A stretch of DNA of 64,000 nucleotides, taken from positions 1,126,370 to 1,190,369 of the forward strand of contig NHBH01000001.1 of assembly GCA_002168225.1 (NCBI GenBank), read 5' to 3'. Within the stretch, counting starts at the first letter, position 1, and each line of letters opens with the position of its first letter. The notes below the pieces were generated by a model. It worked only from the letters and a program-made list of their open reading frames with translations. It did not search any database and was not told the origin of the DNA. Position numbers and translations under genes: made by a program. The stretch is from Micavibrio sp. TMED2. Its GTDB lineage: Bacteria; Pseudomonadota; Alphaproteobacteria; TMED2. Below are positions 1 through 10,109 of the stretch, piece after piece.

Positions 1-127
1 CGGGCGGTTCGAGGGGGATGCCAACTGGAACTCCGATGACGTGATCAGGCTGATCGGTGCCTATGTGCGGGCGGCACGGCGGCAGGACAGCTGATTTTTA
101 AATCTGTTTTAAGGCGTTACGCAGGCA

Positions 128-727
128 ATGCGGCTCTCCATTCCCTTTGATTACGAATTCAGATGGGCGCATCTCGGTATTGCTGCCGGTGCGGTTATTG
201 CCGTTGTTCTGGCGATCTTTTTTCTGGCGCCGACAGCAACCGATAATTTTGAGTATTTCATCGATGATGGTCTCGACCGTTTCTCCGTCGAGTTCCGAGG
301 GCTGCCACCACCCATGGCACCGATTGAGGCCTCGGACGGGACTCGGGGCGATCTTTCAGCCTTCAAGGGCCAGGTTGTACTGGTGAATATCTGGGCCACA
401 TGGTGTCCGCCCTGTATTGTTGAGTTGCCGAGCCTGACCCGTTTGAATCAGAAGTTTGCCGGAGAAGAGTTTCAGGTCATTGCCCTGTCGGTGGACCATC
501 AGGGCTGGCCCGCGATCCAGAGCTTTCACGAGCGTCACAACCTGCAATTACCTGTTTTTCTTGATGCTTCAGGAGCTGCGCTGAGCCAGTTCGAATATTT
601 CAGCCTGCCGACCACCATCCTGCTCGATCGGGAAGGCAAGGAGCTCGGCCGGGTGGTCGGTCCAGCCCTGTGGGATGGTGAGCGCGGTACATATCTGATT
701 AAGCAGGCACTTGAAGGCTCGCTCTAG
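128..727 (+). CDS. TlpA-like thiol:disulfide oxidoreductase (thioredoxin fold, periplasmic)
   Basis: WCPPC active-site motif (VVLVNIWATWCPPCIVELPSL); N-terminal hydrophobic anchor; redoxin-like length. Confidence 0.7.
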   Translation: MRLSIPFDYEFRWAHLGIAAGAVIAVVLAIFFLAPTATDNFEYFIDDGLDRFSVEFRGLPPPMAPIEASDGTRGDLSAFKGQVVLVNIWATWCPPCIVELPSLTRLNQKFAGEEFQVIALSVDHQGWPAIQSFHERHNLQLPVFLDASGAALSQFEYFSLPTTILLDREGKELGRVVGPALWDGERGTYLIKQALEGSL

Positions 728-804
728 CCTTGCTATTTGGGCATCAACTATAACAAACAGTGCATGCTGGTTCTTCAACCGGCGATATACTGTTATATTG
801 ATTT

Positions 805-1470
805 TTGAATTTTATGAGGGCAGGGGCATTGCGCGGGCGCGACCAATTATCAGATTTTCAGCCAAAAGAAGATCGCAGTTTACTTACAGAACTTAAACAG
901 AACTGGCTGTTCTTGCTGATTCTGATCGGCATCGGTGTCGGGGCGTATTTGTATTTCAAGCCTGCACCGCCACCGCCACCACCGCCATATATCTCCAACC
1001 AGTGGCGTGTGCCACAGGCGGCCGAGCAGTTGCGCGACTTCCAGATGTTTACCCAAACCGGTAATGGAACCCGCCTGTCGAATTATTATGGCCGTCCCAA
1101 AATCATTATCGGTTATCCGCTTGAATGCGAGGCGTGTATGCACAGCCTGCAGACGCTGGACACGGTTGCCGAAGACTTGAAAGGCCGGGTTGATATTTTC
1201 CCCGTGGCAATTTCCAGACGGATCGGTGACCTGTCCGAGTTAATTCTGAAGAGCTATGAGAAGTACGGCATTACCAATCTGCGCGCCTACACCATTACCG
1301 AAGACGACTCCTTCGGTATCTTCAACCAGACCGCTGCGCTGCCCCATGCCTATATCCTGATGAAGGATAATGTCATTGCCCGCACGGCTCACGGTCCGGT
1401 TGACTGGACCGATCCCAAGGTGATGCAACTGATCCAGCAGATGGAAGACATGCCCGCTCCGGCCAACTGA
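805..1470 (+). CDS. membrane-anchored hypothetical protein, possible thioredoxin-fold (CEAC motif), poly-Pro linker
   Basis: Single TM helix then PPPPPPPP, then CxxC (LECEACMHS); tandem to the TlpA-like gene; start uncertain. Confidence 0.4.
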   Translation: MNFMRAGALRGRDQLSDFQPKEDRSLLTELKQNWLFLLILIGIGVGAYLYFKPAPPPPPPPYISNQWRVPQAAEQLRDFQMFTQTGNGTRLSNYYGRPKIIIGYPLECEACMHSLQTLDTVAEDLKGRVDIFPVAISRRIGDLSELILKSYEKYGITNLRAYTITEDDSFGIFNQTAALPHAYILMKDNVIARTAHGPVDWTDPKVMQLIQQMEDMPAPAN

Positions 1471-1490
1471 CCGGGTAAACCGATTGCCAG

Positions 1491-2373
1491 TCATCGGGTC
1501 GGTTGTGGCGGGTCCTGACTGTAATCATAGAAGCCCTTGCCGGTCTTGCGACCGAGCCAGCCCGCCTCGACATATTTGACGAGCAGCGGGCAGGGGCGAT
1601 ACTTGCTGTCGGCGAGGCCTTCATAGAGCACATGCATCAGTGACAGGCAGGTATCGAGACCGATGAAATCAGCCAGCTCCAGCGGCCCCATCGGGTGATT
1701 GGCACCGAGCTTCATGGCTTCATCAATGGCAGTAACAGAGCCGACGCCCTCATAAAGCGTATAGACCGCTTCATTGAGCATGGGCAGCAGCACACGGTTG
1801 ACGATGAAGGCCGGGAAATCCTCGGCAATGATCGGTTTCTTGCCCAGCTTGTCAGCCAGTGCCTTCGCCAGTTCGAAGGTGGCATCATCGGTGGCGATCC
1901 CGCGGATGATCTCGACCACCTGCATGGCCGGTACCGGGTTCATGAAGTGCATGCCGATAAAGCGGTGTGGCCGGTCGCTGCTGGCACCCAGCCGGGTGAT
2001 GGAGATTGATGAGGTAGCGGTCGCCAGCATGGCATCGGGACGCAGATCGGCGGCGATGGCCTTATAGATGCTGCGTTTCGCATCCTCGATCTCGGAGACC
2101 GCCTCGATCACTACATTGGCCGTTCTGACCTGAGACAGGTCAATGCCGCTCTGCAGATTGGCGAGATAGCCGTCATGGCTGGCCTGGTCGATCTGACCCC
2201 TCTCCAGCTTTCGGGCGAAGGTATCCTTCAGATTTTCCGCTGCTATCTTCAGCTGTTCTTCTGACTGGTCGATCAGGATGACCTTGAAACCGGTGGTCAG
2301 TGCTGTCTGGGCGATGCCGGTGCCGATCTGACCTGCGCCGATGATGGCGAGCGTTTCCAGCGTAGTGGTACTC
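1491..2373 (-). CDS. hbd: 3-hydroxybutyryl-CoA / 3-hydroxyacyl-CoA dehydrogenase
   Basis: Rossmann motif IGAGQIG at N-terminus, strong family resemblance; ORF trimmed to internal Met MSTTTLETLAIIGAG. Confidence 0.85.
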
Positions 2374-2465
2374 ATTGGTATATCTTTCACAATAATGCTG
2401 CGACGCAATAAACAGGGTTTTTGCATTCTTGTCGAGCAATGCCGCTCAGCACCGAGCAAACGCCC

Positions 2466-2927
2466 TTACGGTTCGCGGGTATAAACCGTGCCTATGGTCA
2501 GGTTCTTGCGCGGTCCCCTGATGGTCCAGTCAAGCTGCCACTGGTTGTCCGAGAGAACAGTGATGGTGCCGATATAACGGTCCGGTGGGCATGAATGGTC
2601 AATATCCGCCCGCCCGAGACTATTCGGCAGGTCAAAGAACGGGCACCCATCGTCGAATGTGATGCGGGTCATACCGTCATCGGCCTGAATCACCCGGTAA
2701 TCGCGCCATGCCTCGCCTTCATAGGTGCCGATGCTGAGCGTGCCGTGCTCGTGCCAATGCATGTTTGCCGGGGCATTCTCTGTGAAGCTGGCCGTGCCGG
2801 TGAGGGTGCCCTGCTGGCCGGTCAGGTGGTCATGGATTTGTCTGGCCAGATGCCACTGGCCAGACAAATAACCGATCCATGCCTGATCCCGGCAAGTTGG
2901 GTCAGAGTGCTTTGGCAAGCTCTGCAT
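2466..2927 (-). CDS. hypothetical protein between etfA and hbd
   Basis: ORF in same orientation within etfBA-hbd operon; start ambiguous (long ORF overlaps etfA 3' end); no recognised motif. Confidence 0.3.
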   Translation of the reverse strand: MQSLPKHSDPTCRDQAWIGYLSGQWHLARQIHDHLTGQQGTLTGTASFTENAPANMHWHEHGTLSIGTYEGEAWRDYRVIQADDGMTRITFDDGCPFFDLPNSLGRADIDHSCPPDRYIGTITVLSDNQWQLDWTIRGPRKNLTIGTVYTREP

Positions 2928-3843
2928 CAAGCTGCGGCAGGGCTTCAAACAGGTCGGCGACCAGACCGTAATCGGCAATCTGGAAAATCGGCGCTTCCTC
3001 ATCCTTGTTGATGGCGACGATGACCTTGCTGTCCTTCATGCCTGCTAAGTGCTGAATGGCACCGGAAATACCGACGGCGATATACAGGTTCGGCGCCACG
3101 ACCTTGCCGGTCTGGCCAACCTGATAGTCGTTGGGCACATAGCCCGCATCAACCGCAGCCCGTGAGGCACCGATGGCGGCATTGAGCTTGTCGGCAATCG
3201 GCTCAAGCAGGCCGAAGTTTTCAGCCGAACCAAGCCCGCGACCACCGGAGATAACCACATCGGCGGAGGTCAGCTCGGGGCGGTCGCTCTCGGACAGCTC
3301 CTGACTGACGAAGGAAGACAGGCCGCTGTCGCCCTTGGCGCTGACCGCCTCGATGCTGGCACTGCCGCCCTCGGCTGCCGCCGGATCGAAGCCGGTGGCG
3401 CGGACGGTAATAACCTTGATCGCATCGCTGGATTGCACGGTGGCAATGGCATTGCCGGCATAGATCGGGCGCTTGAAGGTATCGGCGCTCTCGACCGCGG
3501 AAATGTCGCTGATCTGCTGGCTGTCGAGCAGGGCGGCGACCCGTGGCATCAGGTTTTTGCCGGTGGTGGTCGAGGTCATGAGGATATGGCTGTAGCCACT
3601 GGCGATATCCGCCACGATCGGTGCCACGTTCTCGGCCAGCATCTTGTCCAGTTCCGGCGCATCGGCGTGGAGTACCTTGCTGACGCCGCTTATTTTGGCG
3701 GCGGCATCGGCGATGGCCTGCTTGCCGGACCCGGCGACCAGAACATGAATGTCACCACCGATTTCGCTGGCGGCGGTAACGGCATTGAGGGTGGCTGACT
3801 TGAGTTCGCCGTCCTGATGCTCTGCAATGACGAGTATGCTCAT
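2902..3843 (-). CDS. etfA: electron transfer flavoprotein alpha subunit
   Basis: Full-length EtfA-like sequence (MSILVIAEH..., FAD-binding C-terminal half); adjacent to etfB. Confidence 0.9.
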   Translation of the reverse strand: MSILVIAEHQDGELKSATLNAVTAASEIGGDIHVLVAGSGKQAIADAAAKISGVSKVLHADAPELDKMLAENVAPIVADIASGYSHILMTSTTTGKNLMPRVAALLDSQQISDISAVESADTFKRPIYAGNAIATVQSSDAIKVITVRATGFDPAAAEGGSASIEAVSAKGDSGLSSFVSQELSESDRPELTSADVVISGGRGLGSAENFGLLEPIADKLNAAIGASRAAVDAGYVPNDYQVGQTGKVVAPNLYIAVGISGAIQHLAGMKDSKVIVAINKDEEAPIFQIADYGLVADLFEALPQLDAELAKAL

Positions 3844-4595
3844 TATCCGATCACCTTTGCTTCGTTTTTCAGTTTCTCAACCAGTTCCTCAACGCTGGCG
3901 ACCTTGCCACCGCCCTGACGTTTGGCGGGTTCTTCAACCTTGAGGGTTTTCAGACGCGGTGCCGTGTCGATGCCGAGATCGGCCGGTGTCATGGTCTCAA
4001 GCGGCTTTTTCTTCGCCTTCATGATATTCGGCAGTGATGCATAGCGTGGTTCGTTCAGGCGCAGATCGGTAGTGATGATCGCTGGTAATTTGACCTCAAC
4101 GGTCTGCAAACCACCATCGATTTCGCGGGTGACCTTGGCAGTGCCATCGCCGAGCTCAACCTTGGAGGCAAAGGTGGCCTGACCCCAGCCGAGCAGGGCT
4201 GCCAGCATCTGACCGGTCTGGTTGCTGTCGTCATCAATCGCCTGTTTGCCGAGGATCACGAGGTTTGGCTGTTCCTTGTCGACCAGTGCCTTCAGCCCCT
4301 TGGCGACGGCGAGTGGCTCGAGCACATCATCGGTCTGGACCAGAATGCCGCGATCGGCACCCATGGCAAGGGCGGTGCGAATGGTTTCCTGAGATTGCTG
4401 GACGCCGAGGCTGACCGCGACGACTTCCTCGACTTTGCCGGCTTCTTTCAGGCGGACGGCCTCTTCGACGGCGATTTCGTCAAAGGGATTCATCGACATT
4501 TTGACATTGGCGGTTTCAACACCGCTGCCATCGGCTTTCACGCGAATTTTGACATTGTAGTCAACGACCCGCTTGACGGGGACGAGCACCTTCAT
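3843..4595 (-). CDS. etfB: electron transfer flavoprotein beta subunit
   Basis: [20 protein letters not shown]-terminus typical of EtfB; 1-nt junction with etfA. Confidence 0.9.
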   Translation of the reverse strand: MKVLVPVKRVVDYNVKIRVKADGSGVETANVKMSMNPFDEIAVEEAVRLKEAGKVEEVVAVSLGVQQSQETIRTALAMGADRGILVQTDDVLEPLAVAKGLKALVDKEQPNLVILGKQAIDDDSNQTGQMLAALLGWGQATFASKVELGDGTAKVTREIDGGLQTVEVKLPAIITTDLRLNEPRYASLPNIMKAKKKPLETMTPADLGIDTAPRLKTLKVEEPAKRQGGGKVASVEELVEKLKNEAKVIG

Positions 4596-4838
4596 CGGCG
4601 ACCTCTCACTCTTGTTGTGCCGGGGTCAAGAGGCGGACCTCCCGATCGATCCGGCGTTTCCTTGGTTTTGCCGGGATCGTGCCTCGCGCGATGCGGGCGA
4701 CGTGTTTCCGGCTCTATATCAATAATTTACATGCAAACAGGTAGGGCAAGTTGCCTTGTTGGGCAACCTCGCTCGCATGGGATTGACGATTTCACAGTGG
4801 ACGATAGGTGGAACCGGCTTTGCCTGTCAATCGCTTGC

Positions 4839-4854
4839 CTTACGTATACGTAAG
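4839..4854. promoter_or_regulatory. perfect 16-bp palindrome CTTACGTATACGTAAG (candidate operator)
   Basis: Read directly; self-complementary; located in etfB upstream region near the small TM-protein stop. Confidence 0.3.
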
Positions 4855-4871
4855 ATTTGCGGCGGAACCTA

Positions 4872-5063
4872 TCACTCGACAGCAAAGGTAAGGGCGAAGA
4901 GGGCAAGTGCCAGCCCCTGAAAGAAGATACGCAGGCGCATCAGGGTATTACCATGCTTGCGACCGAACTCACCGCCCTGCGCCATGCCGAACAGGCCGAT
5001 GGCCAGCGTCACAAGTGCACCGAGCATGGCAATAATCATCATGACAAAGAGGGTGGTTTTCAT
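4872..5063 (-). CDS. twin transmembrane helix small protein (DUF2909/HIG1-like)
   Basis: 63-aa product with two hydrophobic helices (MKTTLFVMMIIAMLGALVTLAIGLF...GLALALFALTFAV); ORF trimmed to internal Met. Confidence 0.5.
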   Translation of the reverse strand: MKTTLFVMMIIAMLGALVTLAIGLFGMAQGGEFGRKHGNTLMRLRIFFQGLALALFALTFAVE

Positions 5064-5323
5064 CGGTTCGTCTCTCGGCTCGTCTCTCGGTTTCTGCCAC
5101 GCGGGTCGCGTGGTTAGCTGCCATGCGGTCAGGCAATATACCTTGACCGCCACAAGGGCAATGTCTTAGCACTTGATATATGAGCAAACAGCTTTTCGCC
5201 AACCGCTTCATTATTCGAATTACGAACCCGATCCTCTGATCCGAGGGTCGGGCACCAGTGCCCGTGTGCAGATACCGGGCCCAAGCACCGTCATCAAAAA
5301 TTCGATTTTGAACAGGTTTTGCA

Positions 5324-5695
5324 ATGGTTTCGCTCAATTCTGCGCGCACGGTAGAGGCGCACTTATCCAATACATCACAGACTGCTGCCCCGGTTTCCGC
5401 ATCGACCTCCCCGTCGACGGGACGCGACGATCTGCCCACCTTCTGCTACGGGGTTCACGGGCATGTTGACCCCGGACTGATCCCGCGTGTGCTCGAAATG
5501 GTGGCCAAGCGGGGGCTGGTGCCGACAGCCTTTCACGCTGTCCAGAGCCATAATGCACAACAGGTTCCGGAACTGACCATCGACATGCAGGTTGATGGTC
5601 TGAACCCGATGACTGCCGAGGTGATGGCCGAGGCCATGCGCCAGATCCCTTGCGTATCCGACGTGTACTTCTCGGCCCGCCGAAGATCACAATAG
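5324..5695 (+). CDS. hypothetical protein (possible ACT-like small regulatory domain)
   Basis: ORF only; no motif recognised; overlaps antisense ORF. Confidence 0.3.
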   Translation: MVSLNSARTVEAHLSNTSQTAAPVSASTSPSTGRDDLPTFCYGVHGHVDPGLIPRVLEMVAKRGLVPTAFHAVQSHNAQQVPELTIDMQVDGLNPMTAEVMAEAMRQIPCVSDVYFSARRRSQ

Positions 5696-5712
5696 CCGAT
5701 GGAAAATGCCTG

Positions 5713-6555
5713 ATGCCGTTATCACAGCCAATGCCTGACGGTTTTGCCGCCAAGATCGCAGCACTCAACAACTTCGAGCCTGCCACAGCCGGTTTCTCGC
5801 CATTCATCATCGCGGGGGAGCCGCTTGGCTGGCTCGGCAGTGAAACCGCGGACTTGCTGCAGGCGCAGGGGTTCATTCAACCCCATGATGCAGGCTATGC
5901 GCTGGTGCCTGGCTTTGACACTGATGCGGCGCGCCGGTCAGAGGGGTTGCGACTGGCAGCCGAGGCGATGCAGGCGGATGGCCGCATGGGTGGCTTCCGG
6001 GACGAGCCTTACCGGGTCTGCGCCGGGTGGGACCAGCCGGATATAGCCGTGCTCGACCGCCGTGCCATCCCGCATTTCGGTATCCGGTCATTCGGCATTC
6101 ACCTCAATGGCGTGGTGGAAACGGCGACGGGGCTGGAGATGTGGATCGCCAGACGCGCCCTTGACCGTGAGGTTGAGCCGGGCAAGCGCGACAATATGGT
6201 GGCCGGTGGCCAGCCTGCGGACCTGTCGCTGATGGATAATCTGATCAAGGAAGCTGCCGAGGAAGCCGCTGTGCCCGAAGCCTTGGCCAGACAGGCAAAG
6301 CAAGGCGGTATTATCACCTACCAGCAGGTGGAGCCGGTAGAGCGGCTGAAGCATGACACGATCTTCACCTACGACCTGTTTCTGTCAGAGGATTTCGTGC
6401 CCGAGAATACCGATGGCGAGGTCGGCCAGTTCGAGCGCTTGCCAATTGCCGAGGTGGCGGCGATTGTCCGCGATACCGACGAGTTTAAACCCAACTGCAA
6501 TCTGGTGATTATCGAGTTTCTGGCGCGACACGGCCTGCTTGAAGTCGTTGCCTGA
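5713..6555 (+). CDS. NUDIX-family hydrolase-like protein with DUF4743-like N-terminal domain
   Basis: Degenerate Nudix box GGQPADLSLMDNLIKEAAEEAAV (KEAAEEAAV ~ REUxEExGU); start chosen at MPLSQPMPDGF. Confidence 0.5.
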   Translation: MPLSQPMPDGFAAKIAALNNFEPATAGFSPFIIAGEPLGWLGSETADLLQAQGFIQPHDAGYALVPGFDTDAARRSEGLRLAAEAMQADGRMGGFRDEPYRVCAGWDQPDIAVLDRRAIPHFGIRSFGIHLNGVVETATGLEMWIARRALDREVEPGKRDNMVAGGQPADLSLMDNLIKEAAEEAAVPEALARQAKQGGIITYQQVEPVERLKHDTIFTYDLFLSEDFVPENTDGEVGQFERLPIAEVAAIVRDTDEFKPNCNLVIIEFLARHGLLEVVA

Positions 6556-7393
6556 TCTCGTCCGCCGTTACCCCGGCCTCACGCATGGCCTCAAGGGTAC
6601 GGGCGTTGTCACGGGTGGCGAGCCTGACACCCTGTTCATCGGTTATCAGATCATGATGGTGATAGACCGGTCGCGGCAGGTCGAGCAGCGCCTGCAGCAG
6701 CACATGCAGGTGGGTGGCGTGGAACAGATCCTTGCCACGGGTCACATGGGTAATGCTCTGTAGGGCATCATCATGCACCACGGCGAGGTGATAGCTGGTG
6801 GCGATATCCTTGCGCGCCAGTACCGCATCGCCGAGCTGTTCCGGTTCTCCCGTCACATCACCGCAGCCGAGGTCATGCCAGAGCAGGCGTTTTCGGTCAC
6901 CGATCCGGGCCAGTGCCGCGCCCAGATCGAGCCGCCAGGCGGGGTGTCGACCGGCGGCGATGTGTTCGGCAATTTCCGCCTTGCCCAATCCCCGACAGGT
7001 GCCGGGATAAAGCGCGCCTTCGGGGCCGTGCGGGGCATTGGCGCTGCGCTCGATCTCCGCGCGGATTTCCGCTCGCGTGCAAAAGCAGGGATAGACCACA
7101 CCCATGGCCTTCAACCGCTCCAGCATCGCGGCGTACTCGCTCAGGTGCTCGGACTGAATGCGTACCGGCTCCGGCCATGTGAGGCCAAGCCATGCGAGGT
7201 CTTGCCTGATCCCGTCCACATGCTCCGGGCGACAGCGGGTATGGTCGATATCCTCGATCCGCAACAGAACCTCGCCGCCCAGCCGCGCCGCCTCGCCCCA
7301 GGTGAACAGGGCGGAATAGGCATGGCCCATATGCAGCCGCCCGCTCGGGCTGGGGGCAAAGCGCAGTCTCGGCTGGTCAGCGGTAACAGGCAT
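6509..7393 (-). CDS. gluQ: glutamyl-Q tRNA(Asp) synthetase
   Basis: Class I aaRS HIGH motif (SPSGRLHMGHAYSAL), about 290 aa truncated GluRS-like protein. Confidence 0.8.
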   Translation of the reverse strand: MPVTADQPRLRFAPSPSGRLHMGHAYSALFTWGEAARLGGEVLLRIEDIDHTRCRPEHVDGIRQDLAWLGLTWPEPVRIQSEHLSEYAAMLERLKAMGVVYPCFCTRAEIRAEIERSANAPHGPEGALYPGTCRGLGKAEIAEHIAAGRHPAWRLDLGAALARIGDRKRLLWHDLGCGDVTGEPEQLGDAVLARKDIATSYHLAVVHDDALQSITHVTRGKDLFHATHLHVLLQALLDLPRPVYHHHDLITDEQGVRLATRDNARTLEAMREAGVTADEIRQRLQAGRVAPETR

Positions 7394-7399
7394 GATGGA

Positions 7400-7771
7400 T
7401 CAGGCGGACCAGATGGCCAGTTCGTAACCATCCGGGTCGGTGAAGTGAAAGCGGCGACCGCCGGGAAACTCGAATATCTCTCTGGCGATCCTGCCACCGG
7501 CATCAGTAATTGCCTGCTGCAGCGCGGGCAGGTCGTCGCCATACAGTACAACCAGTGCGCCACCGATTGGCGCGGGGGTACCAGTGGCGAATCCGCCCTT
7601 CATCTGGCCGTCTGAAAACTCGCAATAGTCGGGGCCGTAGTCGGTAAAGCCCCAGCCGAAAACATCACCGTAAAATTGTTTGCTGCGGGCAATATCGCCG
7701 ACAACAAACTCCACATAGTTGATACAGCGGTCACGCGGCGGCAATTCGGCTGGCGGGTTCTGTTGGCTCAT
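7400..7771 (-). CDS. VOC family protein (glyoxalase/bleomycin-resistance fold)
   Basis: About 120 aa, INYVEFVVGDIARSKQFYGDVFGW pattern typical of glyoxalase-like domain. Confidence 0.6.
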   Translation of the reverse strand: MSQQNPPAELPPRDRCINYVEFVVGDIARSKQFYGDVFGWGFTDYGPDYCEFSDGQMKGGFATGTPAPIGGALVVLYGDDLPALQQAITDAGGRIAREIFEFPGGRRFHFTDPDGYELAIWSA

Positions 7772-7867
7772 GGTTTTCGGCATTCCGATTGCTTGTATCG
7801 CAGGCACGGGTCACCTATACACCATGACACCGAGAAAAATGTTTACTTATTCGAAAGTGCGAGCGCT

Positions 7868-8632
7868 ATGACCGATCAGGACCTCCCCATCGAAAACGAC
7901 GAGTACGACGATGATGATCTCTATGATGATGATTATGAGGGCGAGGAAGCTGGCAGTGGTATCGAGTTGACCCACCTGAACGGTCCGGCGATGCTACCGG
8001 CATCCGGTGGCCGGGCCAAGCAGCTGGTTGTGCTCCTGCACGGCCTCGGTGCTGACGGTAACGACCTGATCAGCCTTGCGCCACAGATTGCCAAGGTGCT
8101 GCCCGATGCCGCGTTCATTTCACCGAATGCGCCGGAACCATGCGATATGGCCCCCATGGGCTATCAGTGGTTCAGCCTGCAGGATCGCAGCCATGATGCC
8201 ATGCTCGCCGGGGTTGAGGCATCCGCGCCCAAGCTGCAGGGCTTCCTCGATGAGGTCATGGAATATCTCAACCTGACCGAGGAAGACGTCTTTCTCGTCG
8301 GTTTCTCACAGGGCACCATGATGGCGCTGCATGTGGGCATGCGCCGCGAACGTCCGCTCGGCGGCATTGTCGGTTTCTCCGGCGCTCTGGTCGGTGGCGA
8401 CCGCCTGCCTGATGAAATCGTCTCCAAGCCGCCGGTTGTCCTGATCCACGGCGATGCCGATGAGGTGGTGCCGTTTCAAGCCATGCAGATGGCAGCGGAT
8501 TCATTGAAAACCGCTGGCGTAGAGGTCGAGGCGATCCGCCGTCCGGGCCTCGCCCACGGCATTGATCCGCAAGGCATGCTGGTGGCGCTGCGCTTCATCA
8601 ACGATCACAAGCGCTTCATCGACGACGATTGA
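7868..8632 (+). CDS. phospholipase/carboxylesterase family alpha/beta hydrolase
   Basis: GFSQG nucleophile elbow, LLHGLGADGNDL, HGDADEVVP pattern; acidic N-terminal tail; start at MTDQDL. Confidence 0.7.
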   Translation: MTDQDLPIENDEYDDDDLYDDDYEGEEAGSGIELTHLNGPAMLPASGGRAKQLVVLLHGLGADGNDLISLAPQIAKVLPDAAFISPNAPEPCDMAPMGYQWFSLQDRSHDAMLAGVEASAPKLQGFLDEVMEYLNLTEEDVFLVGFSQGTMMALHVGMRRERPLGGIVGFSGALVGGDRLPDEIVSKPPVVLIHGDADEVVPFQAMQMAADSLKTAGVEVEAIRRPGLAHGIDPQGMLVALRFINDHKRFIDDD

Positions 8633-8716
8633 TCTGTCGGTAAGTTGACTTCCGCACAAAAGAACCCGCTGCACGGATATCATGCGGCGGGTTCTTTTTT
8701 TGACTGGTGTCTATTT

Positions 8717-9955
8717 TTACTGTGCGGCGAGGGCGGTGTGCATCTCGTGATAGACCGGGCAGCGATCCCAGAGGGCCACGAGGCTGTCGCGCAGATATTC
8801 CATCATCTCAACCGTATGCAGCGGGGTCGGCGTAATGCGGATACGCTCGGTACCGCGTGGCACGGTCGGATAGTTGATCGGCTGCACATAGATGTTGAAG
8901 CGGTCCATCAACTCATCGGTCACGCGCTTGCACAGCTTCGGATCGCCAACCATGAGCGGGACGATATGGGTTTCGGAGCAGCTCATCACCGGCAGATCGG
9001 CGTCGATCAGCATTTTCTTCAGCGTCGCCGCCTGTTTCTGATGCCGCGCACGCTCAAGCTGCGAGGTCTTCAGGTGACGGATCGAGGCCAGCGCACCTGC
9101 AGCAAGAGCCGGGGGCAGGGCGGTGGTGAAGATAAAGCTGGAGGCATGGCTGCGAATGAAGTCACAGAGCGCGGCAGAGGCGGCGATATAGCCACCCATG
9201 ACGCCGAATGCCTTGCCCAGCGTACCCTCAATGACGGTCAGGCGATCCATCAGGCCTTCACGCTCGGCGATACCGCCACCGCGCGGACCATACATGCCAA
9301 CCGCATGAACCTCGTCCAGATAGGTCATGGCATTGTACTTGTCGGCCAGATCACAAATCTCGGCGATTGGCGCAATGTCGCCATCCATTGAATAGACGCT
9401 CTCAAAAGCGATGATTTTCGGACGGTTTGGATCGGCAGCTTTCAGGAGTTGCTCCAGATGTGCCAGATCGTTGTGACGGAAGATGTGTTTCTCGGCACCG
9501 GAACCGCGGATGCCCTGGATCATCGAGGCATGGTTGTTGGCGTCGGAGAAGATGATGCAGTTCGGCAGATTGCGACCGAGGGTCGACAGGGTTGCCTCGT
9601 TGGAAATATAGCCGGAGGTAAAGATCAGGGCATCTTCCTTGCCATGGAGGTCGGCAAGCTCGCTTTCCAGCATGTTGTGATAGCGGGTGGTGCCGCTGAT
9701 GTTGCGGGTACCACCGGCACCGGCGCCAGCCTCATCAATGGCCTGTTTCATGGCGTTCAGGACGGTCGGGTGCTGGCCCATACCGAGATAGTCATTCGAG
9801 CACCAGATCGTGACTTCGCGCTCGGCACCTGCTTCATCACGGTATGTCGCTTTCGGGAAATGCCCGGCGTGACGGCGCAGATCGGCGAATACGCGATATC
9901 GGCCTTCGTCTTTAAGCGCGCCGATGTCGTCGCGGAAAAACTGCTCGTAATTCAT
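8717..9955 (-). CDS. hemA: 5-aminolevulinate synthase
   Basis: MNYEQFF...[10 protein letters not shown]-terminus and PLP-dependent alpha-oxoamine synthase body. Confidence 0.9.
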   Translation of the reverse strand: MNYEQFFRDDIGALKDEGRYRVFADLRRHAGHFPKATYRDEAGAEREVTIWCSNDYLGMGQHPTVLNAMKQAIDEAGAGAGGTRNISGTTRYHNMLESELADLHGKEDALIFTSGYISNEATLSTLGRNLPNCIIFSDANNHASMIQGIRGSGAEKHIFRHNDLAHLEQLLKAADPNRPKIIAFESVYSMDGDIAPIAEICDLADKYNAMTYLDEVHAVGMYGPRGGGIAEREGLMDRLTVIEGTLGKAFGVMGGYIAASAALCDFIRSHASSFIFTTALPPALAAGALASIRHLKTSQLERARHQKQAATLKKMLIDADLPVMSCSETHIVPLMVGDPKLCKRVTDELMDRFNIYVQPINYPTVPRGTERIRITPTPLHTVEMMEYLRDSLVALWDRCPVYHEMHTALAAQ

Positions 9956-10109
9956 AACCGGATTGATCCCAAAAACTGTCATCGTGGCGAGGGGCACCCT
10001 CGATGGATGACCATAACTAGCACATCAAATCTAAATTAGAATATCTCTAAAGATCATTCGGCAGATTGACGCGGATCAATTTTTTGCCAGTTAGGTATTT
10101 CGGCAGGGT

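Noticed and set aside
1-94. Possible 3' end of a plus-strand gene entering from the left edge
   Set aside because: Too short and frame ambiguous to call.
5334-5876. 180-aa minus-strand ORF
   Set aside because: Overlaps both the plus-strand hypothetical and NUDIX-like gene starts; no motif; likely spurious.
6773-7615. 280-aa plus-strand ORF
   Set aside because: Antisense of gluQ and the VOC gene; spans two real genes.
8645-9391. 248-aa plus-strand ORF
   Set aside because: Antisense of hemA.
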